DNA from: Polyangiales bacterium
Lineage (GTDB): Bacteria; Myxococcota_A; Polyangia; Polyangiales; Houyiibacteriaceae
Direction of reading: 5' to 3'
NCBI GenBank assembly: GCA_045106895.1
Contig: JBGCFM010000105.1
Coordinates: 1-57,405 of the forward strand
Length of the DNA stretch: 57,405 nucleotides
Position 1 is the stretch's first letter; every line of letters begins with the position of its first letter. The translations under genes and the position numbers were made by a program. The notes beneath the pieces were generated by a model. The model worked only from the letters and a program-made list of their open reading frames with translations, had not been told where the DNA came from and did not search any database. Shown one piece after another: positions 27,642-37,987 of this stretch.

Positions 27642-28666
27642 TCAGCGGATGGCACATGGGAGGGAACGGATGCCGTCGGCGCTCCCGATGAGCAGCGCGT
27701 CGTCGCGCCAAAGGAGCGCGCTGGGTGCGCTCTCCACGTCGTGCGTTCTGACGATGTCGAGTCCCGCATCGCTCACGCGGTAGATGAACACCTGAGTGGC
27801 GGAGGCGGTGGCGAGGCGCGCGCCGTCGAAAGCGACGAGGGGACCTCCTGCGCTGGTGTCGAGTACGCTCGCGCCGCTCTCGTCGACGTGTACGAGCGCG
27901 TTCGCGCTTCCGACGAAGATGCCTACGGAGGTCACGACGAGCTCCGACGCTGGCGTGATCTCCGGGATGCCGAGGGTGCTCGTCACGTTCATCGCTCCGG
28001 GGTCCGAGATGTCGATGACGCTGAGACGCGACTCGACGGAGTCGAGGGCGAAGGCCTCGCCGCCGTCGAGTTGCACGTCCGCGGGCCCGGTGCCTTCGAC
28101 CTGGACTTCGCCGAGGGAAAGAGGCGTGGTGAGGTCTTCGATGTTCAAAGCCTCCACGGTATTTATCCGCGCCTCGAGCGGGTAGCGAAACGCGAAGAGT
28201 CGTGACTCCCGCAGTCCGAGCACGGAACGCCCTGAGACGTCGATGATCCCGGACGCCGTTATCTGGCCGTCTTCGTCGATGGCGAAGAGGCGAGCGTTGC
28301 TTCCGTCGAACACCGCCACACGTCCGGCGTCCGCGCTGAGGCTTAGAGTCGGGCTCTCCTCCCGGTCGACGACGCTCAGATCGAGGTGCCTCGATTCGAG
28401 GGCCGAGGGCATGCCTACGAGAAGATGCGCGCCCGCCCACTCGAGCCTCGTCACAGGCTCGTCGGTGGCGACGTAGGTCGCCTCCTCCTCGCACTCGAAT
28501 GGGCGTGCGGCCCCGTCGCGCTGGGCATCCGTTTGCGCGTCGCGGGCGCCGGCGTCACCGACGTCGCCAGGTACGTCAGCACCGGCATCTCCGCCGCCGC
28601 CGCCGCCGCATCCAAATGCGCCGCACACGCCAGGGTAAGCAGCGAGGTGCGCAGGTTCCGGTTCAT
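27642..28666 (-). pseudogene. LVIVD-like beta-propeller lipoprotein with an apparent frameshift in the signal peptide
   Basis: MNRNLRTSLLTLACA (ATG 28666) is in a different frame from AFGCGGG...DAG...LSVIDISDP; a 1-nt insertion near 28620 would join them. Confidence 0.6.
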
Positions 28667-28718
28667 GCGCAGACGCTAGCAAGCGCAGCCTTCGACTGCG
28701 AGGAGGGCAGGGCGCTTC

Positions 28719-30881
28719 TCAGTGCACCACGCTGAGTTCTATGTCGGGGTCGAGGAGGTACCCGTCGCCGCGTCGCCGCAGAAGTGGATCGATGCCGAGC
28801 TTTCGTAGGCCACTCAGGGCGACATGAAGCCGGTTTCGTGCAGCCGTCTGCAGCACGCGTTGGCCCGGCCAGCCTGCGCGCAGTAAGTCCTCCAGGCCCA
28901 GTGTCTCGCCAGGGTGGGCGAGGCGATGATCGAGGAGCGCGCCGAGCAGTCGCTGCGATATTCGTCTCCGGGAAAGGTCGACGCGAGCATCGTCCGGCGT
29001 CACGAAGAACCCGGCGTCGTGCGCGATGGCCCAACCTACGCGCTCTTCGTAGCGTCGAAGTTCCGCCCGCAGTAGCTGCGCCACGCGCCGCGCCTCGTCC
29101 GGGGAGGATACTTCACGCGCAAGGGCAGCCTGAGCACGCGCGAGGTGCTTCGCCTCGGCCTCGACGTCCCCGGCGCGCCGAGTCGCGCCGGCTTTGTGGA
29201 CCGCGATGGCCGCGTCGTAGAGGGCCATGACGGGCCAGAGGTTTTCCGGGGCATGGTCCCGCACTTCGTTCAGGCGACGGGTGGCGCCCTCGAGGTCTCC
29301 GCACGCCGCCTCGGCGAGCGCCAGCGCGGCTTCGGCCAAGGTGACCTGCCGCGAGTCTTCGGTGCGACGCAGGTGAGTGAGCGCCTGTTCAAGGTGGGCG
29401 GCGGCTTCCTTGGGGCTTCCACGCAGCAGAGCAAGCTCACCGAGGTCACACGAGACGATTCCTGCAAAACGAACGTTTCCGCCGGCGACATGGAGTTCCT
29501 GCGCTCGTTCGTAGCGGCGCTGAGCGCTTTCATAGTCGCCGCTCTCGTGGTCGAGGAGCCCAAGGTCGCCGAGCACAATGCCCTCGGCGCGCGGGTTCGC
29601 TTCTGCAACGAAGTGACGGAGCGCGCGTGACCAAGCCCGGCGGGCCGCGGAGGCATCGCCGCATTCGACTTCGAGGCCGCCGAGGTTCGAGAGCACCATT
29701 CCCAGCTCGTGTTGTGGGTCCGCGCGCTCAAAGCTGGCAATGGCCAACGCGTAGTGCGCTCTCGCTGCGACGTTGTCTCCAAGGCGCCGCTGGCAGGAGC
29801 CCGCCAAGTGGTGCGCGCGCCCCTGGTGTGCGCCGGCGTCGTCCAGCACCGGCTCGAGTCGTCGCCACATGGTCTCCGGCTCGCCGATGACGAGACGTAG
29901 CTGGGCGATGGCGCACTCCGTCTCGGTGTCGGTGTCGTGAACGAGGGAATCCAGCGCAATGAGGCGATCAAGGTGCGGTCGAATCGGCCCGATGTCGGCG
30001 ACGAGCGGCGCCAGCAGGGCGCCGGCCCGCCGAGCGTGTCGGGCGTCGCGCGGCGCCTCCTGGCGAAAGAGCGTCCAGAGCTCTGCCTCCACGTCCTCGC
30101 GGCCACCGGTCTCCCGCGCGCGCTCGAGCGCCCACGCGGCGAAGCGCTCGCTCAACTGGCTTCGTTGTTCCTTTGTGCGTTCAAGTCCTGCGAAGCAGCG
30201 AAGGACCTGCCTTCGCGAGTGACCACAGTCAACGAGCATGCCGCGCTCAGCGAGGATGAGTTCAGCGCCGAAGTCGTCGCCGAGGAGACAGCGGATCTCG
30301 TGGCCGAATGGCTTGTGAAGTCGGCCCAGGAGATAGAGCGCGTTACTCGCACTCTCCGGCAAGGCGCGAGTCATGTCCAAGAGCGCATCACGCCAGGCGC
30401 TCGTCCCTTCGTCGTGCGCAAGGACCTGAAGGAGCGGGGTGTGCTCGAGGCGCTTCAAGGCGCCACGCGCGCCTTCGGCGGCAACGACCCGTGCGAGCGT
30501 TTTGATGGCGCGGGGCAGACCGTCGGCGTGGACGAGGAGCGCGTGGAGCATGAACTCGTCGGGCGTGTCGACGCCAAGAGAGGCCAGGCCATTGACCAGG
30601 AGCTCCAGCGAGGGGCCGGCGGCGAGGGGCGCGAGTCGGAGGACGCCGACGTTCTCCGAAGGAACTTCGGTGGCGACGCGCAGCGTGTGAGGCGCGTCGG
30701 CATCTTCGCGCATCGACCAGCCGTCGTTGGCCTTGAGGAAGTGCTCGGCAAAAGTACGTCTGCCCACGCCTGGCACGCCGACAATGACGATTCGCTCGTG
30801 GGTCTCCGCGAGCGAAACCAATCGCTCTAAGTCATCGCTTCGTCCGAGGAGGAGGGCCACCAGGGGCAGTCTAGAGCACAT
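28719..30881 (-). CDS. STAND-like regulator: degenerate NTPase + TPR + C-terminal winged helix
   Basis: GVPGVGRR (Walker A with K to R), DGLPRAI, TPR helices, AGWPG...NRLHVALSGLRKLG. Confidence 0.8.
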   Translation of the reverse strand: MCSRLPLVALLLGRSDDLERLVSLAETHERIVIVGVPGVGRRTFAEHFLKANDGWSMREDADAPHTLRVATEVPSENVGVLRLAPLAAGPSLELLVNGLASLGVDTPDEFMLHALLVHADGLPRAIKTLARVVAAEGARGALKRLEHTPLLQVLAHDEGTSAWRDALLDMTRALPESASNALYLLGRLHKPFGHEIRCLLGDDFGAELILAERGMLVDCGHSRRQVLRCFAGLERTKEQRSQLSERFAAWALERARETGGREDVEAELWTLFRQEAPRDARHARRAGALLAPLVADIGPIRPHLDRLIALDSLVHDTDTETECAIAQLRLVIGEPETMWRRLEPVLDDAGAHQGRAHHLAGSCQRRLGDNVAARAHYALAIASFERADPQHELGMVLSNLGGLEVECGDASAARRAWSRALRHFVAEANPRAEGIVLGDLGLLDHESGDYESAQRRYERAQELHVAGGNVRFAGIVSCDLGELALLRGSPKEAAAHLEQALTHLRRTEDSRQVTLAEAALALAEAACGDLEGATRRLNEVRDHAPENLWPVMALYDAAIAVHKAGATRRAGDVEAEAKHLARAQAALAREVSSPDEARRVAQLLRAELRRYEERVGWAIAHDAGFFVTPDDARVDLSRRRISQRLLGALLDHRLAHPGETLGLEDLLRAGWPGQRVLQTAARNRLHVALSGLRKLGIDPLLRRRGDGYLLDPDIELSVVH

Positions 30882-30936
30882 CTCACGGATGTGTTTGTGC
30901 AGGCTCCGCTTCCCTTCCGGTGCTACGGCTTCTCCT

Positions 30937-32259
30937 ATGCGTATGCGTACTTCGATTCTCCTCGCGATGTGGGCGCTCGTTGCCTGTGGGGACGACTCCG
31001 CGGCCGCGTCGGAGGATGCTGGTCGCGCGGACTCAGGCGCTCTTGATGCCGCCCTTGATGGTTCTCAGGACGCGGCCGTCACGAGGGACGCCGGTGTGGA
31101 TGCCGCCGCAGACGCGACTGTCGCGGATGTACCGCCACCGCCGAGGATGCCTATCGATGTGGCACTGGACCGCTTGGGAGACGAGGCGAGCGCAGCCGCG
31201 GTGGACGCCGAGGTTGAGGCCGGCGGAGGATGGCCCCTCGTCGAAGGAACGCGTGCGCTCTTTGTCACCCGTTGGGAAGGCCCGCCGAGCGCCGTGTCTT
31301 GGGTCGGGACGAGCAACGAGTTCACGCCGGGCGTCGACGTCGCGGCCTCCCTCGGTGCGTTTCATTTCGTGGTCGTCGAGGGAGCCGAAGGCAAATACAA
31401 GTGGCACGCAGGCGAGGAGTTTCGCGCGCCGGCGGAAGCGCGCCGCTACGGCTACGATGAGTTTGGCGAGCACGGCTGGGTCGGCGCACCGGAGGAAGAG
31501 CACTACGAGCGCTATCGTTTTGCGGAGCATGTCGTCCGTGCGCGCGTCGCGGGCGCAACGATGACGCGTGTCCTTGTCTTGCATGACGGACAGAATGTCT
31601 TCTCGCCGGAAGCGCCTTTCGGAGGGTGGGACGTGAGCGGAGCGCTTCGGGCCATGGAAGTGGACGACGTGCTCGCCATCAGCATCGACAACACCTTGGA
31701 GCGCATGCAGGAGTACACGCACGTCGGCGATGACCCTTTCGGCGATGGCACGCTCATCGGCGGCGATGCAGACGCGTACCTTCGCCTCGTCTTTGAGGTG
31801 TACGTTCCCCGCGTCGCCGGCGCTCACGACTTGGACGCTGCACCTCTCGCCATGGCGGGCTCCAGCCTCGGCGGTCTTGTCTCCCTCTACGCCGCGCTGC
31901 GCTATGAACCGGTGGCCGTCGCGGCGCTCTCTCCCACGTTGGGCTGGGGGGCTTACGTCGCGGACGGCACGGAGTGCATTCAGGCGCTTCACGACACCAG
32001 ACGAGAGGTCGCCATCTACCTGGACAGCGGGGGCGGCGGCTCCTGCGCGGACTTCGACGGCGACGGCATTCAGGAGGACGCGGACGACTCGGACAATTAC
32101 TGCGTGACAACGGCGTATCGCGACCACCTCGCGTCTCTGGGCTACGAGTTCGGCGCCGACCTGGTCCACTGGCATGAGCCGGGGGCGCCGCATAACGAAG
32201 GCGCTTGGAGGGCGCGCGTTCCCCGCATGCTCGAGAGCCTCGATGCCATGGGCTGGTAA
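30937..32259 (+). CDS. Alpha/beta-hydrolase esterase lipoprotein
   Basis: Lipobox LVAC; LHDGQN, GSSLGG, HNEGAW. Confidence 0.88.
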   Translation: MRMRTSILLAMWALVACGDDSAAASEDAGRADSGALDAALDGSQDAAVTRDAGVDAAADATVADVPPPPRMPIDVALDRLGDEASAAAVDAEVEAGGGWPLVEGTRALFVTRWEGPPSAVSWVGTSNEFTPGVDVAASLGAFHFVVVEGAEGKYKWHAGEEFRAPAEARRYGYDEFGEHGWVGAPEEEHYERYRFAEHVVRARVAGATMTRVLVLHDGQNVFSPEAPFGGWDVSGALRAMEVDDVLAISIDNTLERMQEYTHVGDDPFGDGTLIGGDADAYLRLVFEVYVPRVAGAHDLDAAPLAMAGSSLGGLVSLYAALRYEPVAVAALSPTLGWGAYVADGTECIQALHDTRREVAIYLDSGGGGSCADFDGDGIQEDADDSDNYCVTTAYRDHLASLGYEFGADLVHWHEPGAPHNEGAWRARVPRMLESLDAMGW

Positions 32260-32320
32260 GCGACCCGGGAGCCAGCGGTGTCATTGATCCTATACAAATC
32301 GCTCGATACGATGACGTGTA

Positions 32321-33181
32321 ATGCTCCGCTCCCTCCTCGTTCTACTCGCGCTCAGCGCCTGCACTGAAACTCCGGACACGCTCGATTCGGGCCCGACGCC
32401 AGACGCTGGGGCTAGGGACGCCGGGACTGCCGACGCCGGGACCGCCGACGCAGGGGCCGAGCTGGACGCCACGACCCCGGACGCGAGCGCCGACGACGAC
32501 GCGGGGCCGCTTCCCGTAGACGCTGGATGCATGCCAACGCCGGCGCGTTTCTTCCTCATCGGGGACTCGACGGTGTCGTCTCGCTCCGGTTGGGGCGACT
32601 CGCTTTCGATGTTCCTGAGGGACGACGTGGAGGTTCTCAACCCCGCTTCGAGCGGAAGCAGCTCTCGCTCGTTCTACGAAGGCGGACTCTTCGACGAGAC
32701 GCGGGGCATGCTTCGCGAAGGCGACTACCTCTTCATTCAGTTTGGCCACAACGACTCGAAGACCGGGGAGCGCCGAACCGAACCCGGTGAAGCGCCGGAC
32801 TACGTCGGCACCTACCGCGACTACCTCGAGATGTACATCGCAGAGACGCGAGCCGCCGGCGCCGTGCCGGTGTTGATCACCTCTATGAGCCGGATGACCT
32901 TCGGGAGTGACGGCGCCCATCGACGGACCCACGGGGACTACGCCCCAGCGGTTCGGCAGATCGCCCTCGACAACGACGTCGAGCTACTCGATCTCGAAGC
33001 GTACAGCCACGACGTCTTCGACGAGCTCGGCGAAGAGGAGACCGTGCGGCTCTACGCTGGTTTCAACGACGACCCCAAAGACCGCACGCACTTCCCACAG
33101 GAGAAAGCCCCGCGCGTGGCGATGATGGTTGTGGACCTGCTGCGTTCGTCGTCCCTCGCCTGTTTCGTAGCCGCCGAATGA
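32321..33181 (+). CDS. Rhamnogalacturonan acetylesterase-like SGNH hydrolase (CE12) lipoprotein
   Basis: IGDSTV, GWG, SGSSSRSF, IQFGHND, DRTHF. Confidence 0.9.
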   Translation: MLRSLLVLLALSACTETPDTLDSGPTPDAGARDAGTADAGTADAGAELDATTPDASADDDAGPLPVDAGCMPTPARFFLIGDSTVSSRSGWGDSLSMFLRDDVEVLNPASSGSSSRSFYEGGLFDETRGMLREGDYLFIQFGHNDSKTGERRTEPGEAPDYVGTYRDYLEMYIAETRAAGAVPVLITSMSRMTFGSDGAHRRTHGDYAPAVRQIALDNDVELLDLEAYSHDVFDELGEEETVRLYAGFNDDPKDRTHFPQEKAPRVAMMVVDLLRSSSLACFVAAE

Positions 33182-34683
33182 GTCGCACCTGGCTGGCTTT
33201 GGTCGCGATGTCCCTCTCCTGCGGGGATTCTGATCTTGTGGGGGATTCAGGCGCCGACGCGGAGACCGCCGATGTTCGAGCTCTAGACGCCGTTGTTCCG
33301 GAGGACGGCGGCGAGGTGGACGATGTTGGGCCGACCTCGGACAGCTCGCTCACGGACGCCTCCGCCGAGGACGCCTCCCTGGGGTGCGAGCCTGGCACCA
33401 GCGACGATGGGCCCCTGTTGGCGTTTCCCGAAGCAGAAGGTTTTGGCGCAAACGCGCAGGGGGGGCGCGGCGGCGTGGTCGTCGAAGTAACGAGCCTTGC
33501 AGACTCCGGCCCCGGAACCCTTCGTGACGCGCTGAGTGGAACGACACCTCGCACCATCGTGTTTCGCGTAGGAGGCACCATCGCGACGGGGAGCACTCTC
33601 CTGGTCGATGGGGACTACGTCACCATCGCGGGCCAGACGGCGCCCGGCGGCGGAATTCAAATCCGGAACGCGTCCGGCGGCCACGCGACGATGGTCATTC
33701 ATGGCAGCCACGTCATCGTCCGCCACCTTCGAATCCGGACGGGGCCCGGCGGCGAAGCCGATACCTTGCGTGTCTCTGGCGGTAGCAGCGACGTCATCAT
33801 CGACCACTGTTCGCTCAGCTGGTCCGTCGACGAACTCTTCTCCACCTACGACCCGACGAACAACACCACGGTCCAGTGGACGCTCCTCGCGGAGCCCCTG
33901 AACGAGAGCACCCATGGCGACGGAAACCACTCCATGGCGATGCTCACGGGTCCGCTTACGCATCGCTTCAGCGCGCACCACAACGTCTTCGCCCACGGCG
34001 GAGAACGTTCCCCGCGTGTTCAAGCCGGGGACTATCAGTTCGTGAATAACCTCATCTACGACTTCCAGCGAGCAGGGTATTTCGGCGCGACGGGCAGCAC
34101 GTCCAACCCCATGAGGGCGGAGTTTCGCGGAAACTACTACCGCGACGGTGTGCTCACGACCTACCGGCGCGCCGTCGACCTTGGCGCGGCCATCTCCTTT
34201 GTGGAGGGCAACCGCCGGGAGTTTCCCGACGGAGTCATCGTGACAGACCGGGAGAGGCGTCCTTGGCAAGGGCCCGGCGAAGACCGCGAGCAAAGCCACG
34301 CCGCCGTCTATGGAGGCTCCGAAGACATGACGGTCTTTGCGGGTTTTCCGCCCATCGGAACTGCGCCGGCGGAAGAGCTGGATGAGCTGCTGCTTCCGAG
34401 CGTTGGCGCTGCGCCCCGAGACTCCGCGGACGCCCGGGTGATCGCGACCTTCGCGGACGGGACCGGTGGCTACGTGAACGACCCCGACGAGGTCGGCGGC
34501 TGGCCGACGCTCGCGCCCGGGACAGCGCCGGTCGACACCGATCACGATGGCATGCCCGACAGCTTCGAAGAGCGCTTCGGTCTGAACCCGCTGGACGCCG
34601 CCGATGGAGCCACGGACGCGGACGAGGATGGGTACACCAACCTTGAAGAGTATCTAAACGGCACACTGCCGCTGTGCCTCTAG
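33178..34683 (+). CDS. Pectate lyase (PL1-like) lipoprotein
   Basis: AFPEAEGFG..A.GGRGG, DSGPGTLR, TIAGQTAPG, IDHCSLSWSVDE, DTDHDGMPD...YTNLEEYLN. Confidence 0.9.
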   Translation: MSRTWLALVAMSLSCGDSDLVGDSGADAETADVRALDAVVPEDGGEVDDVGPTSDSSLTDASAEDASLGCEPGTSDDGPLLAFPEAEGFGANAQGGRGGVVVEVTSLADSGPGTLRDALSGTTPRTIVFRVGGTIATGSTLLVDGDYVTIAGQTAPGGGIQIRNASGGHATMVIHGSHVIVRHLRIRTGPGGEADTLRVSGGSSDVIIDHCSLSWSVDELFSTYDPTNNTTVQWTLLAEPLNESTHGDGNHSMAMLTGPLTHRFSAHHNVFAHGGERSPRVQAGDYQFVNNLIYDFQRAGYFGATGSTSNPMRAEFRGNYYRDGVLTTYRRAVDLGAAISFVEGNRREFPDGVIVTDRERRPWQGPGEDREQSHAAVYGGSEDMTVFAGFPPIGTAPAEELDELLLPSVGAAPRDSADARVIATFADGTGGYVNDPDEVGGWPTLAPGTAPVDTDHDGMPDSFEERFGLNPLDAADGATDADEDGYTNLEEYLNGTLPLCL

Positions 34684-35459
34684 TGTGCATCCACGTCGCC
34701 GACCTCGCGTAGCCACGGCTCAGCGACGGCGTGAATGACGAGGGCCGTAATGTTGTCTTGGCCTCCGGCGGCATATGCGTTCCGCGCGATTCGCTCACAT
34801 TGAGCTTTCGGTGTCCTCTCTTCGGCGAGGAGTGTCTCTAGCTCCACGTCGTCCAAGACGTCGCTGACGCCATCGCTGCAGAGCAGGTAGCGGTCGCCGT
34901 CTTGGAGCTCTATGGGAGTCATCTCCGGCGGTCCTTCTTGGGCCTTCCCCACGGCGCGGGTGACGATGTGTCCACAGCCCGGCGGCACGTCGTCGATGCC
35001 GGCGGCGCGGAGCATCTCGGTGTAGGAGTGATCCACCGTAAGGCGGTCCAAACGACCCCGGCGGAGGCGATAGGCACGGCTGTCGCCGATGTGCGCGATG
35101 ACGCCGTGGGGACCCTCATGAACCATCGCCACGACGGTCGCGCCCATCTGCGACAGACGGCCGCGCTTTTTCGCTTCGACGGCGCGGTGTGCGAGGACGA
35201 TGGCTGTACGGAGTTCGTTCCCAACGAAGGAGAGCATCGGGTCGATGCCGAGGGGCCAGGTCAGGTCCGCGTCGCTCGCGTTGAGGGAAAAGAAGCGCGA
35301 GACGGCGTTCACCACGATGGCGCTCGCGACTTCGCCGCCTTCATACCCGCCCATTCCGTCCGCGACGACGAAGAGCCGGTGTTGAGGGCAAACGAGGGAG
35401 GCGTCTTCATTGTTGGCGCGACGGCCGATGTGACTGAGGGTGGCGGCGTGGAGTTTCAT
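34680..35459 (-). CDS. PP2C-family Ser/Thr phosphatase
   Basis: GRRANNED, VADGMGG, HIGDSRAY, LCSDG, DNIT. Confidence 0.93.
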   Translation of the reverse strand: MKLHAATLSHIGRRANNEDASLVCPQHRLFVVADGMGGYEGGEVASAIVVNAVSRFFSLNASDADLTWPLGIDPMLSFVGNELRTAIVLAHRAVEAKKRGRLSQMGATVVAMVHEGPHGVIAHIGDSRAYRLRRGRLDRLTVDHSYTEMLRAAGIDDVPPGCGHIVTRAVGKAQEGPPEMTPIELQDGDRYLLCSDGVSDVLDDVELETLLAEERTPKAQCERIARNAYAAGGQDNITALVIHAVAEPWLREVGDVDAH

Positions 35460-35472
35460 GCCCGCCATACAG

Positions 35473-35488
35473 AGCGTGATTCGTGCCA
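35473..35488 (-). promoter_or_regulatory. Putative sigma54 (-24/-12) promoter of the PP2C gene
   Basis: Minus strand reads TGGCACGAATCACGCT, with exact GG-N10-GC spacing. Confidence 0.65.
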
Positions 35489-35562
35489 GGCAGAAGCTCT
35501 GTGATTCTCATCCGCGGCGAGGTTTCGGCACCCCAGTCGGCGCCGAGGGTGAGGTGGCAGCA

Positions 35563-35596
35563 CCCCAATGTCATCGAGTCCCCAATGTCATCGAGT
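35563..35596. repeat. 17-bp tandem repeat (CCCCAATGTCATCGAGT x2), candidate enhancer site
   Basis: Perfect tandem duplication about 75-110 bp upstream of the sigma54 motif. The repeat is observed; its function is inferred. Confidence 0.7.
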
Positions 35597-35640
35597 CCCC
35601 GATGGCCGCGTCGCTCCTCCTCAGATGTCGCCGAAAGTCC

Positions 35641-36966
35641 TTAGTCTTTGAGAAGACCGTGCTTTTTCGCCAAGATCCGCATTTGTTTTCGATCAAGGCC
35701 AGAGCGGCGTGACGCCTCGGAGTAGTTTGCCTTCGTCTCCGCTAGAAGAGCGGCCAGGTACTGGCGCTCGAAGACGTCGATGACGCGCTGCTTGGCCTCG
35801 CTCCACGGCATGGAGAGATCCACCTGGAGCGCTTGCGGACGCGTCGCCGGGCCGTCCACCTGGAAGAAACGCAGGTCGTCAAAGTGGATGGCCCCGGGAG
35901 AGAGGGCGAGTGAGCGATCCACGAGGTTACGCAGTTCGCGGACGTTGCCGGGCCAATCATGCGCCATCAGTGCGCGAAGCTCCGCGCGCTGGTCGAGAGC
36001 CGTCGCGGTGATCCCTCGCTCGCGCAAGAGACCCTGAACGAGGAGAGGAATGTCTTCCCGGCGGTCCCGAAGTGGGGGGATGGCCAGCCGCAACACCGAG
36101 AGCCGGTAGAAGAGGTCGCCCCGAAAACGCCCGTCGGCGACAAGGGGCGCGAGGGCATCGCGAGAGCCGGCGACGATTCGTGCGTGAACCTCGACCTCGC
36201 GGTCGGAGCCGACGGGGCGTACACGTTTTTCTTCCAATGCGCGAAGGAGGCGCGCCTGCACGTTCGGCGGCATCGTTCCCAGCTCATCGAGAAAGAGCGT
36301 CCCGCCTGACGCGCGCTGGAAAGCACCACGTCGGTCGCTCGTCGCGCCGGTGAAGGCGCCTTTGACGTGACCAAAGAGCTCGCTCTCGATGAGGCCTTCG
36401 GGGAGCGCCGAACAGTCGATGGCGACGAAGGGAGCGTTTCGCCTTGGTCCTTCTTCGTGAAGCGCGCGTGCGACAAGTTCTTTGCCGGTGCCGGTCTCGC
36501 CAATGCTGAGGACGCTGACGTCGGACTGTGCGGCAAGCTCGAGCACGGCGAAGAGCTCACGCATCGCCAAGGAGCGACCCATGAGCCGGCCAAAGCGTGT
36601 GGAGCGTGACGGCTCCACCTGCAGTGCGCGTGTGACGGGCGCGATGCGCACGGCGGTTCGGCCGAGCTTCAGCGTCGCGCCCAGGGGCAAGCTCGCCCGG
36701 GTCAGCTTGCTGCCCTCGTAGAGCGTGCCGTTGCGACTCTGAAGGTCCACGCACTCGAAACCGTCTCCATCGGGGCGAAGGGAGAGGTGCATGCCGGACA
36801 CGCGGTCATCCGTGAGGGAGAGCGCACACTGGGGGTCGGTGCCCACGCGCGTGGTGTCGTCAATGCGGGCGGCGCGGCCCGCGTCGGGGCCTTCCACAAC
36901 CACCACTTGCGCGCCGCTCTCGCTGCCGCCGAAGGCATCGCTGTAGATGGTGGCGACGGTGCTCAC
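35641..36966 (-). CDS. Sigma54-dependent activator (FHA-AAA+-HTH)
   Basis: FHA (VSGMH...SRNGT), GETGTGKE, ESELFGHVKGAFTGA, WPGNVREL, C-terminal HTH. Confidence 0.93.
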   Translation of the reverse strand: MSTVATIYSDAFGGSESGAQVVVVEGPDAGRAARIDDTTRVGTDPQCALSLTDDRVSGMHLSLRPDGDGFECVDLQSRNGTLYEGSKLTRASLPLGATLKLGRTAVRIAPVTRALQVEPSRSTRFGRLMGRSLAMRELFAVLELAAQSDVSVLSIGETGTGKELVARALHEEGPRRNAPFVAIDCSALPEGLIESELFGHVKGAFTGATSDRRGAFQRASGGTLFLDELGTMPPNVQARLLRALEEKRVRPVGSDREVEVHARIVAGSRDALAPLVADGRFRGDLFYRLSVLRLAIPPLRDRREDIPLLVQGLLRERGITATALDQRAELRALMAHDWPGNVRELRNLVDRSLALSPGAIHFDDLRFFQVDGPATRPQALQVDLSMPWSEAKQRVIDVFERQYLAALLAETKANYSEASRRSGLDRKQMRILAKKHGLLKD

Positions 36967-37001
36967 GCGCTCAGCCTAGCAGGTCCGGAAGCGGACCCGA
37001 G

Positions 37002-37931
37002 CTACGACTCGCTGAGCGGCCGCGTTCGAGGACGTTCCTGGGTTTTTGCGGGGCCGTCGATGCGTTCGCCCACCCATTGGGCGAGGTCTTGGGTGGTGAC
37101 GGCTGAGCGCGCATGCCGTGCCTCGATGAGCGAGCGCACCAGTTCGTTCCCGCTGGCGAAGCGGTCGCTGGGCGCCGCGGCGAGGCATCGGCGAAGAACG
37201 CGCGCCAAGTCCTCGTCGACGCCCGCGAGGGAAGGCGGCCTCGCCTCCCGGATGCGATCCATCGTCTCCACCGGGGAGGCGCCGTCGTAGGGGCGTCGTC
37301 CGAGGAGCATCTCGTGGAGCATGATGCCGAGGGCGAACTGGTCGCTCGCGCCGGTGAGCGCCTCGCCGCGCACCTGCTCCGGCGACATATAGGCGTACTT
37401 CCCACGTCGCAGGTTTGCCTGTGTCGTCTCCGCGAGCTTCGTGGCCTTGGCGATGCCGAAGTCTGCGAGCTTCACTTCCCCGCTCCGAGAGAGCAACACA
37501 TTGGACGGGCTGACATCACGATGGACCAGTCCGAGGGGGCGCCCACGTTCGTCTCGCAGCGCGTGTAGGTAGGAGAGGGCCTCGGCGATCTCGCTGGCGA
37601 TGCTCACGGCCAAGGGCGTAGGCGCTTGTCCCAAGGAGTGAAGGTCGGCTCCGTCGACCCACTCCATCACCACGAAGTAGCCACCTTCGTGAACTCCAAG
37701 CTCGTGCACGCTGACCAGGTTGCGATGGCGTAGCCTTGCGCCCTGTTTTGCTTCGGCGATGAGCAGCCGCTCCAGATCACCGTCGGAACGCCGCTCCTCG
37801 CGAATACGTTTGATGGCGACGAGCTTTTGGAAACCGCTGGCGCCCACGGCGCGTCCCAGGAACACCTCCGCCATGCCGCCTGTCCCGAGGCGCCGAAGAA
37901 TCTGGTAGCTGCCGATGCGTGCGGGCGTCAC
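37002..37931 (-). CDS. Ser/Thr protein kinase, cytoplasmic
   Basis: GTGGMAEV, VAIK, HRDVSPSN, DFG, YMSPE. Confidence 0.93.
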   Translation of the reverse strand: MTPARIGSYQILRRLGTGGMAEVFLGRAVGASGFQKLVAIKRIREERRSDGDLERLLIAEAKQGARLRHRNLVSVHELGVHEGGYFVVMEWVDGADLHSLGQAPTPLAVSIASEIAEALSYLHALRDERGRPLGLVHRDVSPSNVLLSRSGEVKLADFGIAKATKLAETTQANLRRGKYAYMSPEQVRGEALTGASDQFALGIMLHEMLLGRRPYDGASPVETMDRIREARPPSLAGVDEDLARVLRRCLAAAPSDRFASGNELVRSLIEARHARSAVTTQDLAQWVGERIDGPAKTQERPRTRPLSES

Positions 37932-37987
37932 CCGAAGAGCTTGTCACACCCCTGTCGCCTTGTCGTTTGTGTCGTTACTATGCTGCC

